Translations under genes and position numbers: made by a program
Shown: piece after piece, positions 51,816 to 62,236 of the stretch
How positions within the stretch are numbered: position 1 is the first letter of the stretch
Layout of the letters: each line of letters opens with the position of its first letter
Assembly (NCBI GenBank): GCA_965223795.1
Contig: CBDCXL010000001.1
Coordinates: forward strand, 608,120-672,119
Length of the DNA: 64,000 bases
Direction of reading: 5' to 3'
Source: Nitrospinales bacterium
Lineage (GTDB): Bacteria > Nitrospinota > Nitrospinia > Nitrospinales > VA-1
The notes under the pieces: generated by a model
Seen by the model: the letters and a program-made list of their open reading frames with translations, nothing else
Told to the model about the DNA's origin: nothing
The model's database searches: none

Positions 51816-52406
51816 ATGCTGGTGTTTAAAAATAACATTTACCAGCCGGAAATGTCCTCTGAAATGAATCCGGGGCCGGCTCCGTACGATCTGCTTTTGC
51901 AGGCGCTGATGACCGACCGGGACCTGTTCGCCGGATTGAGCCGCCTGGACGAGGCGGAAGCCAACGAAAAGCTGAAGGTCTTCTTTCCGCACGCTTCCCG
52001 GTTCGGCCCGCTACGCATACTCAATGCCATCTCGCGCGGACTGATCGAAGGGCTGGTCAATCCCGGCCAGTGGTTCCAGATGAACGCCTACCACCTGTGC
52101 TACCTGTACGACAGCCTGTACGGCACGGTCGAGGAATACAGCTATGGTGATCCGCCCCAGCGCCGGGAGATTTTCCCGGAACTGCACGGCGCCCCGATCG
52201 ATCTCAATCCCTTTCTGGAAAAATACTTCTTCAACACGGCCTTTCTCATCGACCCGGAACGGTTCAACAACATGGACTCCGAGGAGAAGCAAACCCGCGG
52301 GTTTGTCGATCCCTGCCTGTTCGGTGTCATCAACCGGCTGCTCCCCTCGGATGAGGAAATCGGGCTTAAGGAAATCGCCGATCCCTATGGGGATGAAGCG
52401 GCCTGA
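51816..52406 (+). CDS. Hypothetical protein, paralog A
   Basis: Begins MLVFKNNIY; aligns along its full length with 52613..53233. Confidence 0.8.
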   Translation: MLVFKNNIYQPEMSSEMNPGPAPYDLLLQALMTDRDLFAGLSRLDEAEANEKLKVFFPHASRFGPLRILNAISRGLIEGLVNPGQWFQMNAYHLCYLYDSLYGTVEEYSYGDPPQRREIFPELHGAPIDLNPFLEKYFFNTAFLIDPERFNNMDSEEKQTRGFVDPCLFGVINRLLPSDEEIGLKEIADPYGDEAA

Positions 52407-52612
52407 CCGCAACATGCCGCCCCGGCAGTGCAAAACGCCGTTGCCAATGAGCCTCCTTTTCCGGCGCGCTGGTTTTCACCCCCAGTCCCGCAAAACCCGC
52501 TGCATCTGCGTCCATGCCGGACCGCGGCCGGATTTAGCCGTGCGGATAAACTTTTTTGGATTTGGGTCCGGATCTCCGTATAATATGCTTAGAGAATTGT
52601 CGGAATTCGCCC

Positions 52613-53233
52613 ATGTTGATCTTCAAAAACAACATCTACGATCTGAGCGATCCGAGCCTGCCCGGCCGGACACCCTCGCCCGATATCGAATACGACCGCA
52701 AGTTCGACCCCAGAAGCCTGCTCAACAGCGCGCTTGGGGAAGAGGATGAAACGCTCGATTTCATCGAGCGGCAGTACCCGGAATACCGCAGGATGGACCT
52801 GCAGAAATTCTACCCGTGCGCCTCGCGCTTCGGCGACGTGAACATCCTGCGCGATCTGCTGCGCATCCTGCGGGACGGGCTCAACGAGCCGGACACCTGG
52901 TACCACATGAACACCTACCATTTCTGCCTTCTGTACGATGTGCTGATCCGCTTTTCCTTCAACTACAATCACGACAACCGCCAGGAACGGCTGCGCGCAC
53001 TGCCGGAGCTGGACGGAAAGCCTCTGTTCATCGATCTGTTCGTGAAGGACTATTTTTTCAACACGGTCTTTCTGCTGGACGAGGACAAGTTCAACGACCT
53101 GTCCGCCCAGGAGAAATCCAGCAAGGGCTACGACTTCCCCTGCCTGTTCAGCGTCATCAACGGCCTCCTGCCGACGCGTGAGGAAATGGAACTCGAAGCC
53201 TCCACCGACTACCCCTACTCCATCTACGTTTGA
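52613..53233 (+). CDS. Hypothetical protein, paralog B
   Basis: Begins MLIFKNNIY; aligns along its full length with 51816..52406. Confidence 0.8.
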   Translation: MLIFKNNIYDLSDPSLPGRTPSPDIEYDRKFDPRSLLNSALGEEDETLDFIERQYPEYRRMDLQKFYPCASRFGDVNILRDLLRILRDGLNEPDTWYHMNTYHFCLLYDVLIRFSFNYNHDNRQERLRALPELDGKPLFIDLFVKDYFFNTVFLLDEDKFNDLSAQEKSSKGYDFPCLFSVINGLLPTREEMELEASTDYPYSIYV

Positions 53234-53320
53234 GGCCCTGACTCCATCCTGATAAAAACTTTGACAGGATAACAGGATAAAAACCGGGCTGACTCTCTGA
53301 TTCTCTCCCTCTCTACCCTC

Positions 53321-53506
53321 TTATTTTTGATTTTTTATCGGGAATTTTTTCAAAATCGACTGGCATCCCTGAATGAGTTGCGGCAGATAACTCTGTTCGA
53401 TCTCGATATTAAATGTGCACCTGATCGGCGTCGGGGCTCTGAGTGAACTCCATGTGTCAAAGCTGCGTTGGCCAGAGTTTAAAGTGATTCCAAACCTCAC
53501 TCGCAT
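53321..53506 (-). pseudogene. AT-rich gene fragment, possible C-terminal remnant of a foreign gene
   Basis: Low-GC patch encoding ...FNIEIEQSYLPQLIQGCQSILKKFPI; lies between repeat modules. Confidence 0.35.
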
Positions 53507-53746
53507 ACTTCCATAATAATTTGATTTTAAACGAATTACTAATTATATTGCCCGTTTGGCCCTATCGCGTTCCGGCGTGATTTTATACCCGGTTTTTCAG
53601 CCGGTTTCGCGGCGCGTGCGGCCACCTGCGATTGTGCGGGACGATCGTCCGTGCGGACGTTATAATGGAATGGAGTGAATCTGTTTCTAAACTCGCCCCT
53701 CTGCCAACCCACAGTCTGTAGCACGGATGCTCTGAGTTGCCCGAAC

Positions 53747-53801
53747 CTGTCACCCTGAGCCTGTCGAAGGGTGTCCTGCTTCGACAAGCTCAGCATGACA
53801 G
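53747..53801. repeat. REP-like palindromic element
   Basis: CTGTCACCCTGAGCCTGTCGAAG-N9-CTTCGACAAGCTCAGCATGACAG, 23-bp imperfect arms. Confidence 0.8.
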
Positions 53802-53828
53802 AAGGGCTCCCTTTTCCGGAGAGTTCGA

Positions 53829-55387
53829 TTGGACACCATCGTCACCGCGGCGGAAATGCAGGCGATCGACAAGCGCGCGATCGAGGAACACGGCATCGCC
53901 GGGTTGGTGCTCATGGAAAACGCCGGACGCAGCCTCGTCGAGGCGCTGCAGGATAAATTTTCCGAACTGGAGTCGAGCAGGATCCTCATCGTCGCGGGCA
54001 AGGGCAACAACGGCGGCGACGGATTCGTGATGGCGCGCCACATGGCCCAAACGGGCGTTCATGTGGAAGTGCTGCTCACGGGCAGACGGCAGGATTTGAA
54101 AGGCGAAGCCCGGACCAACGCGGATATCGCGCACGGCCTGGGCATTGCCGTCCACGAGGTCGACGCGGGCAATCTGAAATCCTTCGACCACAAGCTGCGC
54201 CATGCGGACCTGATCGTCGATGCGGTGTTCGGCACCGGGCTCTCCAAACCGGCGGCCGGCCTGTATCAGCAGTTGTTCGAGGCGCTCAACGCGCTGGACA
54301 CATTCGTGGTTTCCGTGGACATCCCCTCGGGGCTGGATTCGGACTCCGGGCAGATCATCGGCCCGCACGTTCAGGCGGACTGGACGCTGGCGCTGGCGCT
54401 GGCCAAACGCAGCCACCTGATGCACCCGGCGGCACAGGCCATGGGCGAGGTGTGGGTGCTCGACATCGGCATCCCGCCGCAGGCGGTGGACGCCCAGCAG
54501 GTGCGGGTTTCCGCGGCATCCGCCAGGGACATCGCGGAATGGCTGCCCAGACGCCTTAAGGACGCGCACAAGGGCCATTTCGGCCACGTTCTCACAATCG
54601 CGGGCTCTCCCGGCAAGGCGGGCGCGGGGGCGCTCACGGCGCTGGCGGCGCTCCGCTCGGGCTGCGGCCTGTCCACGCTGGCGCTGCCTGAAATCTGCCA
54701 GCAGGCGGTGGAATTCAACCCGCTCGAGGTCATGTCGGTGGCGCTGCCGCACACGCCATCCGGCGCCCTGGGGCCCGAAGCGATGGACCGCATCGCCGGT
54801 CAGCTGGCGGGCAAATCGGCGGTGGCGCTGGGACCGGGCCTGGGGACGGAACCGGAAACGGTGCGGCTGCTGGGGAAACTGCTGCCCGCCATCGACGCGC
54901 CGCTGGTGATCGACGCGGACGGCCTCAATGGCCTGGCCCAGGACAAGGACCTGCTCAAACTTCTCAAGCCGGACACGATCCTGACGCCGCATCCCAGGGA
55001 GATGTCGCGGCTGACGGGGCTGAGCACCGAAGCGATCCAGAAAAACCGCATCGACATTGCCGCCGATTTCGCGCAGACCCATTCTGTCTGCCTGCTGCTC
55101 AAGGGCGCGGGGACGGTGCTGGCGTTTGCGGACGGGTCGGTGTGCCTCAACCCGACGGGCAACCCCGGTATGGCCACAGCGGGCTCAGGGGACGTTCTGA
55201 CGGGCCTCATCGCCGGGCTGCTCGCCCAGGGCCTCGACGCGAAGCGGGCGGCCACCGCCGGCGCCTACCTGCACGGACTCGGGCCGGCGACCTGTACGTG
55301 GAGGAGCACACCGAAACCACGCTGATCGCCGGAGACCTGCTGCAATGCCTGCCGGCGGCCCTCAAACAGGTGCAGGACGTCTCATGA
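53829..55387 (+). CDS. nnr: Bifunctional NAD(P)HX epimerase/dehydratase, apparent frameshift near 55280
   Basis: LMENAG, GKGNNGGDG, DAVFGTG, HKGHFG, GPGLG, DADGL, LTPHPREM, ATAGSGDVLTG; expected C-terminus AGDL...LIAGDLL lies in another frame. Confidence 0.88.
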
Positions 55388-55871
55388 GCGCTGCATCTCG
55401 AAAAGCCGCGCCGACACGCTCAAGCTGGGCGGGATGCTCGGGCAATGCCTTGTGCCGGGGGACATCGTGCTTTTGTTCGGCGACCTGGGCGCGGGCAAGA
55501 CCACATTCACCCAGGGACTGTGCCAGGGCCTGGGCCTGCCGGAAAACGAATACGTGCGCAGCCCCTCCTTCACGCTGATAAACGAATACTCGGGACGCTT
55601 TCCGATTTTCCACGTCGATCTGTACCGCCTGGAAACCGCTCAGGAGATTGAACAACTCGGGCTGGAAGAAATTCTATTCGGGCGCGGGATAAGCATTGTG
55701 GAATGGGCGGAAAGACTCTATATTCCCGGTCATACGGCCCCGGCAGCGGAGTACGGGGTCGACAGCCGGATCGAGGTCCGTATCGGGTTCGGCGAAGAAA
55801 ATCATAGGGTTTTCGATATCCTTCCGGTGGGCCTTGCAGAAAGGGCGTTCCCCGTTTTTTCTTTACAATAG
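55384..55871 (+). CDS. tsaE: tRNA threonylcarbamoyladenosine biosynthesis ATPase; first in-frame ATG is 55434, natural start probably 55384 with a 1-nt indel
   Basis: GDLGAGKTTF, SPSFTLINEY, HVDLYRL, IVEWAE. Confidence 0.9.
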
Positions 55872-55897
55872 GGCCGGGCTGTGGCATTATTTTATTC

Positions 55898-55914
55898 TTG
55901 GTATGGCATTTGCA
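55898..55914 (+). promoter_or_regulatory. Putative sigma-54 (-24/-12) promoter of lptC-lptA-lptB-rpoN operon
   Basis: TTGGTATGGCATTTGCA = GG-N10-GC, ~33 nt before lptC ATG. Confidence 0.6.
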
Positions 55915-55946
55915 TATTTTTATAACTTATTCTTTTTTTATTGATT

Positions 55947-56381
55947 ATGCAAAACCACATCCGTACAATCCTGCTGGTATTGATCGTCGCGATTCTCGGC
56001 GTCGGCGGCGCCCAGCTTTTCAAAAATTACATCGGCAAGAACGATCTGGTCACGCTCACCGCGCTCAAATCCGGAATCGATATCGAAATCGAGAACTTCG
56101 TCGCGGTCAATGAGAATTCGGAGGAGAAAATCTGGGAGCTGAAGGCGGATCTCGCCCAGATCGATCAGGAAAACAACCTCACCCACCTGCAGAACGTCGA
56201 ACTGACGATGAAAAATAAAGAAAATCAGGACTTTTGGGTGGTCGCGGATTCGGGCGTTCTGAAAAACGAAACCAACGACGTCGAGCTGGAGGGGAATGTG
56301 CGGATGATCGGCAGTTCCGAATTTGCCAAGCAGCGGCTCGCCGGTGATAAAGACGAAACCACGGATCAAAAGAATGGCTGA
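55947..56381 (+). CDS. lptC: LPS export periplasmic protein LptC
   Basis: N-terminal TM anchor, WELKADLA, VELEGNV; position before lptA-lptB. Confidence 0.8.
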   Translation: MQNHIRTILLVLIVAILGVGGAQLFKNYIGKNDLVTLTALKSGIDIEIENFVAVNENSEEKIWELKADLAQIDQENNLTHLQNVELTMKNKENQDFWVVADSGVLKNETNDVELEGNVRMIGSSEFAKQRLAGDKDETTDQKNG

Positions 56382-56985
56382 CACGTCCCACAGGCTATCA
56401 AAAAAAGCGCAGCACGGCCCGCTCGGCTGGATCGCGGCGGCGCTGCTGACGGCGTTGATTCTGCCCGGCCCGGTTTGGGCGCAGACCGGCGGTTTCAAAA
56501 AAGGCCTCGAGTCGGATAAGAAGCAGCCGGTGGAAATCACCGCCGATCGCATGCGCTCGGAAAACGGCGGCAAGAAGATCATCTTTTCCGGCCAGGTGGT
56601 GGGACTGTGGGGGGATCTCAAAATCACCTCCGACGTGCTGGAGATCTACAACTCGGAAGGCGAGTCGAACGAGACGGAAGAGATCATCGCCATCGGCAAT
56701 GTGATCATCACCCGCGCCAACAAAAAGGCCAAGGGGGACCGCGCGATTTACCTGGACAAGCAGCAGAAGGTGATCCTGACGGGAGCGCCCAACGCCACGG
56801 CCTGGGAGGATCAAAACGTGGTGCACGGGCGGGAAATGATCTTTCTGCTGGACAAGGACCGGTTTCTGGTCAACGAGCGGGTTCGCATGAAACTGTACCC
56901 GGAAAACAAGGAACCGCAGAAAGCCCGGTCCCCCAAGTCTTCAAGGGGCGATAAAAAAAAAATCTGGGTTGACGCCAAAAAATAA
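56374..56985 (+). CDS. lptA: LPS transport periplasmic protein LptA
   Basis: Signal peptide, PVEITADRM, AIGNVII, GDRAIY, VILTG. Confidence 0.85.
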   Translation: MADTSHRLSKKAQHGPLGWIAAALLTALILPGPVWAQTGGFKKGLESDKKQPVEITADRMRSENGGKKIIFSGQVVGLWGDLKITSDVLEIYNSEGESNETEEIIAIGNVIITRANKKAKGDRAIYLDKQQKVILTGAPNATAWEDQNVVHGREMIFLLDKDRFLVNERVRMKLYPENKEPQKARSPKSSRGDKKKIWVDAKK

Positions 56986-57006
56986 CTTTTCTTGAGCTGA
57001 GTCAGC

Positions 57007-57729
57007 GTGGAAGGCTTACGAGCGACCAACCTGGTCAAGTCTTACCGGAAACGGAAGGTTGTCAAGCAGGTCAGCATCAATGTGAAACGCGGGGAGACGG
57101 TCGGCCTGCTCGGCCCCAACGGGGCGGGAAAGACCACCACGTTTTACATGGTGGTGGGGCTCACGCGTCCGGACAGCGGCACGGTGATGCTGGACGATGT
57201 GGACGTGACCCATTTCCCGATGCACCTGAGGGCCATGAAGGGGATGAGCTACCTGCCCCAGGAGCCTTCGGTGTTCAGGAAGCTGACGGTGGAGGAGAAC
57301 ATCGTCGCGGTCCTCGAGACACAGGATATATCCAGCTTTGAGAGGAAAAAGCGCGCCCGCGCCCTGCTGCGGGAGCTCAACATCCTCCATATAAAAAATT
57401 CAAAGGCCTATTCCCTGTCGGGTGGGGAACGGCGCCGGGTGGAGATCAGCCGGGCTCTGGCCACATCTCCGGTGTTCATCCTGCTGGACGAGCCCTTCGC
57501 GGGCATCGATCCGATCGCCGTCGCCGACATTCAGTCCATCATCGCCCACCTCAAGGACCGGGGAATCGGGGTCCTGATCACCGACCACAACGTGCGGGAA
57601 ACGCTCAGCATCACGGACCGGGCCTACATCATCAACGACGGGCAGATCATCTGTTCGGGCCTGCCCTCGGAAGTGGCGCAGGATGAAAAGGTGAAGCAGA
57701 TCTATCTCGGCAATCAGTTTTCGTTTTAA
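57007..57729 (+). CDS. lptB: LPS export ABC transporter ATP-binding protein
   Basis: [46 protein letters not shown]. Confidence 0.96.
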   Translation: MEGLRATNLVKSYRKRKVVKQVSINVKRGETVGLLGPNGAGKTTTFYMVVGLTRPDSGTVMLDDVDVTHFPMHLRAMKGMSYLPQEPSVFRKLTVEENIVAVLETQDISSFERKKRARALLRELNILHIKNSKAYSLSGGERRRVEISRALATSPVFILLDEPFAGIDPIAVADIQSIIAHLKDRGIGVLITDHNVRETLSITDRAYIINDGQIICSGLPSEVAQDEKVKQIYLGNQFSF

Positions 57730-57758
57730 CGCGGCATAAGAAGGAGGAAACGGGTTTT

Positions 57759-59198
57759 ATGGCAATGGAGATGAAGCTGAATCTGAAGATGAGCCAAAAG
57801 CTCGTCATGACTCCAATGCTGCAGCAGGCCATCAAACTGCTTCCGCTGGCCAGGCTGGAACTGGCGCAGCTGGTGCACCAGGAAATCACGGAAAACCCGG
57901 TCCTGGAAGAGCTTCTGGAAGGCGAAGAAACGGAATCGCAGGACAACGACTCCGAGGACGCCCCCGAACCGGCCATCGAGGAACCGGCTCAGGCCGAGGA
58001 GGCGCCGCCGGAAACCGCCGCCAATGAACAGGAGATGGACTGGGAAAACTTCATCCAGAACAACATCGACCACGGCAGCTCCGCCGACAGCTACACGGAG
58101 CGGCCCTCCATCGAGGCGACCTACAAGAAAGAACCCTCTCTGCACGAACACCTGCAGGGCCAGCTCGATCTGGCTCTGGATTCCGATCAGGACAAGTTCA
58201 TCGGCCAGTGCATCATCGGCAATATCCAGAATGACGGCTACCTGAACGCGGAATTGTGCGAGATCGCGGAAATCGCCCAGGTCTCGGAAGACGAGGTGTT
58301 CCGCATCCTGAAAGTCATTCAGGGATTCGACCCGCAGGGCGTGGGCGCGCGCTCGCTCAAGGAATGCCTGCTGATCCAGGCGCAGGCCCTGCCGGTGCGC
58401 AACCACCTGCTGGAGAGCCTGATCGACACGTACCTGGAACGGCTGGAGGAACGGAACTACCAGAAAATCGCCTCGGAGCTGAAGGTGCCGATGGAGAAAA
58501 TCATCGACACCGTGAAAGTGCTGCGGGAACTTTCGCCCAAACCGGGCGTGGGGTTCGCCAGCGACGGGATCGACTACGTCACGCCGGACATCATCGCGGT
58601 CAAGACCGAAAACGGCTACGACATCGCCCTGAACGACGACGGCATCCCGCGCATCCGGATCAACCCCTACTACCAGAATCTGCTCAACCAGACCAATGAG
58701 GGACAGACGAAGGAGTACCTTGAAAACAAATACCGTTCGGCGATGTGGCTGATAAAAAGCATTGACCAGCGGCGGCAAACCATTTACAAGGTGGGGAAAA
58801 GCATCATCAAACTGCAGAAGGAATTTCTGGACAAGGGTTTGGCGTACCTCAAGCCCATGGTGCTCAAGGATGTGGCGCGGGACATTGAAATGCACGAATC
58901 GACGGTCAGCCGCATCACCACGAACAAGTACATCGACACCCCCCAGGGCATTTTTGAGCTCAAGTTCTTTTTCCACAGCGGCATCAAGTCCTATATGGGA
59001 AACAACCTGTCCTCGGTGCGGGTGAAAAACATGATCAAGGAAGTCGTCGCCGCGGAGGATCCGAAAAAACCGCTGACCGACGACGAGATGGTGCAGGTGC
59101 TGATGCGGAAAAACGCCAAAATCGCCCGGCGCACCATCACGAAATACCGGAAAGAACTCAATATTCCTCCAGCCAGCAAGAGAAAAAAATTATTTTGA
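57759..59198 (+). CDS. rpoN: RNA polymerase sigma-54 factor
   Basis: MTPMLQQAIKLL, HESTVSR, RpoN box ARRTITKYR. Confidence 0.98.
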   Translation: MAMEMKLNLKMSQKLVMTPMLQQAIKLLPLARLELAQLVHQEITENPVLEELLEGEETESQDNDSEDAPEPAIEEPAQAEEAPPETAANEQEMDWENFIQNNIDHGSSADSYTERPSIEATYKKEPSLHEHLQGQLDLALDSDQDKFIGQCIIGNIQNDGYLNAELCEIAEIAQVSEDEVFRILKVIQGFDPQGVGARSLKECLLIQAQALPVRNHLLESLIDTYLERLEERNYQKIASELKVPMEKIIDTVKVLRELSPKPGVGFASDGIDYVTPDIIAVKTENGYDIALNDDGIPRIRINPYYQNLLNQTNEGQTKEYLENKYRSAMWLIKSIDQRRQTIYKVGKSIIKLQKEFLDKGLAYLKPMVLKDVARDIEMHESTVSRITTNKYIDTPQGIFELKFFFHSGIKSYMGNNLSSVRVKNMIKEVVAAEDPKKPLTDDEMVQVLMRKNAKIARRTITKYRKELNIPPASKRKKLF

Positions 59199-59295
59199 AT
59201 CCGCTTCGATCTTTGCTTTAATCGCTACGGACTCCTCGTATCCAAAACACCACGGACCCTCCCGGATTCGCACCCGTTGATTGGGAGATAGACTC

Positions 59296-59625
59296 ATGAA
59301 GCTGACCGTTACCGGACGGAAAATCGAAATCACCGAAGGCATCAAGGAACACCTGGAAAAAAAGATCAGCAAGACGATTCACGATCTGGGCGACGCCGCG
59401 GACGTGCATGTGGCGCTGACCGTGGAGAAACACCGGCATTTCGCAGAGGTGACGGTGAAATCGAAAGGGGTCACGGTGCACAGCGAGGAAGAAACCGACG
59501 ACCTGTACATGGCGATGGACACGGCTCTGGACAAGATCGAAAAGCAGTTGCGCAAGCACAAATCGCGGGCGAAGGACCTCAGGATCAAACAGGGCGCCGC
59601 TGAAAAAAACCGACTCCAGGAATGA
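59296..59625 (+). CDS. hpf: Ribosome hibernation promoting factor (short HPF/RaiA)
   Basis: VTGRKIEIT, DLYMAMDTALDKIEKQLRKHK; directly after rpoN. Confidence 0.92.
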   Translation: MKLTVTGRKIEITEGIKEHLEKKISKTIHDLGDAADVHVALTVEKHRHFAEVTVKSKGVTVHSEEETDDLYMAMDTALDKIEKQLRKHKSRAKDLRIKQGAAEKNRLQE

Positions 59626-59653
59626 CCCTCCTTTCCAACCGCCCTCCCCCCTC

Positions 59654-60118
59654 ATGAAACTGACAGAGATTCTGAAAAAGGATTTCATCATCGCCGATCT
59701 CAAGGGCAAGGACAAGGAGAGCATTCTTGAGGAATTGACCGGCTTTCTCAAGGACCGTCAGGCGGTCGAAGACAAGGACGCGCTGCATGCGGCCCTGGTG
59801 GAGCGGGAAAAGCTGGGCAGCACCGGCATCGGTGAGAACGTGGCCATCCCGCATGCGAAATCGGCGGAGGTCAGCCAGATCATGACTCTGTTCGGCCGGT
59901 CTGTGGGCGGGATCGATTTCGATTCGCTGGACAACAAGCCGGTGCATTTCGTCTGTCTGGTCCTGGCGCCGGTGCAGTCCACCGGGCACCACCTGAAGGC
60001 TCTGGCCCGGATATCCCGCCTGTTGAAGGTGGAGAGCCTGCGCAGCGGCATTCTGCAAGCTGAGAACGAAGACCAGATCTACTCCATTCTGGTCGAGGAA
60101 GACGCGAAATTCATTTGA
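59654..60118 (+). CDS. ptsN: PTS EIIA (Ntr/fructose-type) protein
   Basis: REKLGSTGIGENVAIPHAK, HLKALARISR. Confidence 0.88.
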   Translation: MKLTEILKKDFIIADLKGKDKESILEELTGFLKDRQAVEDKDALHAALVEREKLGSTGIGENVAIPHAKSAEVSQIMTLFGRSVGGIDFDSLDNKPVHFVCLVLAPVQSTGHHLKALARISRLLKVESLRSGILQAENEDQIYSILVEEDAKFI

Positions 60119-60291
60119 GGCGGCTCCGCGCCGGAGGGGCTGTGTGTTCCCTTTGGGCCGCATTTTGAGTTTGGGATAAAAAACTTCAGCGGGTCTCCGC
60201 TTGGCACCGGAGAAGCGGCGTTTCCGCAATGACGTGACGATTGCCGTGTGTGATTGGAACGTCGAATCGACAACCCTGATCGGGTGAGCGT

Positions 60292-62079
60292 GTGTTCGAA
60301 GGCATTCCATTAGCGAAAGGCGTGGCCATCGGCAAGGCCTATCTGCTGGACCGCACCAAGTTCTGCATCCTGAAGCGGAAGCTCGCGGAAGACGAGATCG
60401 AAGGCGAAATCCGCAGGTTCCGCGACGCCATCGAGATGGCCAAGCAGCAGATGCAGGAAATCAAAAAGCGGGCCAGCAAGGTGGCGGACAAGTACGCGGT
60501 CATCCTCGACACCTACACGCTGCTGCTGGAAGATGAAATCCTGGTGCGCGACACGATCGAGAACATCCGCAAGGAGCGGTTGAACGCGGAATGGGCGCTC
60601 AACGAAACGCACCAGAAGTTCACCAACCTGTTCAACAACATCAACGACGATTACCTGAAGGGGAAAAAGGACGATCTGGACCTGGTGGTGCACGGCGTCA
60701 TCCGCAACCTCATCGGCCACAGCCAGGAGTCGCTGTCGGACATCGAAGAACCCGTCGTCCTGGTTTCGCACGCGCTGAGCCCCTCGGACACCATCGCCAT
60801 GCCCAAAAACTACGTGCTGGGGATGGCCACGGAAGTGGGCGGGAAAACCTCGCACGTCGCCATCTTCGCCTCGGCGATGGGCATTCCCGCCGTGGGCGGC
60901 ATCCGCGACCTCACCTCGCAGGTCAACACGGGCGACACCATCATCATCGACGGCATCGAGGGCCGGGTGATCGTCAAGCCATCGGAAAAGCAGTTCGCCC
61001 ACTACAAGAAAAAGCAGAGCAACTACCTGAAGTACGAGCAGAAGCTGCTGGAGGACATCCACGAACCGGCGCAGACTCTGGACGGCGAGGAGGTGCAGCT
61101 GCTCGCCAACATCGAATCGCCGCACGAGATCAAATCGCTGAGGAAGTACGGCGCCCAGGGCATTGGCCTGTACAGGACGGAGTTTCTGTTTCTGCTGCCG
61201 CAGACGCTGCCCACGGAAAACGATCTGTACGAAACGTTCAAAAAAATCGCGAAGGGCATGGACCCGATGCCGGTGGTCATCCGCACGCTGGACATCGGCA
61301 TGGACAAAAACCCGGCCGACCTCGAACGCGACCCGGAAAACAACCCGGCGCTGGGTATGCGGGGCATCCGCCTTTCGCTGCACGAGCCGGATCTGTTCTG
61401 CATGCAGTTGAAAGCCATCCTGCGGGCGAGCCTGTACGGCAACATCCGCATTCTGTACCCGATGATCTCATCCACGGAAGAGGTGATCGCGGCCAACCGC
61501 CTGCTGGAAGGCGCGAAAGCGGACCTGAGAAAGCAGCAGATCCCGTTTCACGAGGACATCGAGGTGGGCGCGATGGTCGAAACACCGGCGGCGGCGCTGT
61601 GCGTCGAAAACCTGCTGGAAGAGGTCGACTTCATCAGCATCGGCACCAACGACCTGATCCAGTACCTGCTGGCGGTGGACCGCACCAACGAAAACCTGGC
61701 GTATCTGTACCAGCCGCTGCACCCTTCCGTACTCAAAACACTGAAACGGGTCCTCGACGCGGCGCAGCAGGCCGGCAAGGAGGTGTCCATCTGCGGCGAG
61801 CTGGGCGGCGATCCGATGGCCACGATGCTGCTTCTGGGGCTGGGTCCGCTGGATGAGCTGAGCATGGAACCGCACGCCATCCCGAAAGTGAAAAAGATCA
61901 TCCGTCGAATCACGCTCGACGACGCGCGGAAACTGGCGGACCACGTGATGAGCCTGTCGTCGATGGATGAGATCAACCAGTACGTCAGCGAAGAGATGCG
62001 GCAAAGGTTTCCTTCCGATTTCGACCGCGACACGGATTTTGAAGAAAAGCTGATTCCCACGCACAAAGACCCGCTGTGA
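60292..62079 (+). CDS. ptsI: Phosphoenolpyruvate-protein phosphotransferase (PTS enzyme I)
   Basis: GGKTSHVAI, GIGLYRTEF, NPALGMRGIR, SIGTNDLIQY, ICGE; no N-terminal GAF domain. Confidence 0.93.
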   Translation: MFEGIPLAKGVAIGKAYLLDRTKFCILKRKLAEDEIEGEIRRFRDAIEMAKQQMQEIKKRASKVADKYAVILDTYTLLLEDEILVRDTIENIRKERLNAEWALNETHQKFTNLFNNINDDYLKGKKDDLDLVVHGVIRNLIGHSQESLSDIEEPVVLVSHALSPSDTIAMPKNYVLGMATEVGGKTSHVAIFASAMGIPAVGGIRDLTSQVNTGDTIIIDGIEGRVIVKPSEKQFAHYKKKQSNYLKYEQKLLEDIHEPAQTLDGEEVQLLANIESPHEIKSLRKYGAQGIGLYRTEFLFLLPQTLPTENDLYETFKKIAKGMDPMPVVIRTLDIGMDKNPADLERDPENNPALGMRGIRLSLHEPDLFCMQLKAILRASLYGNIRILYPMISSTEEVIAANRLLEGAKADLRKQQIPFHEDIEVGAMVETPAAALCVENLLEEVDFISIGTNDLIQYLLAVDRTNENLAYLYQPLHPSVLKTLKRVLDAAQQAGKEVSICGELGGDPMATMLLLGLGPLDELSMEPHAIPKVKKIIRRITLDDARKLADHVMSLSSMDEINQYVSEEMRQRFPSDFDRDTDFEEKLIPTHKDPL

Positions 62080-62236
62080 ATTTTCTGGACATCCGGCGCG
62101 ATCCGCGATCTTCAACCTTCATTCTGATACCGGAAGTCCCGCGATCCGGCGCAACGCGCAGCCGGCCCGCAAAGCCGATTGACCCGAAACCTGCTTGCAT
62201 GACCACACGACCTTCAACCACGGGGGACACCAATAC

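Noticed and set aside
62080..62236. SAM riboswitch upstream of metK
   Set aside because: Only a vague resemblance (GATTGACCC...GCTTGCATGACCAC) to SAM-II-like cores; the other conserved elements are not visible. An Rfam scan would settle it.
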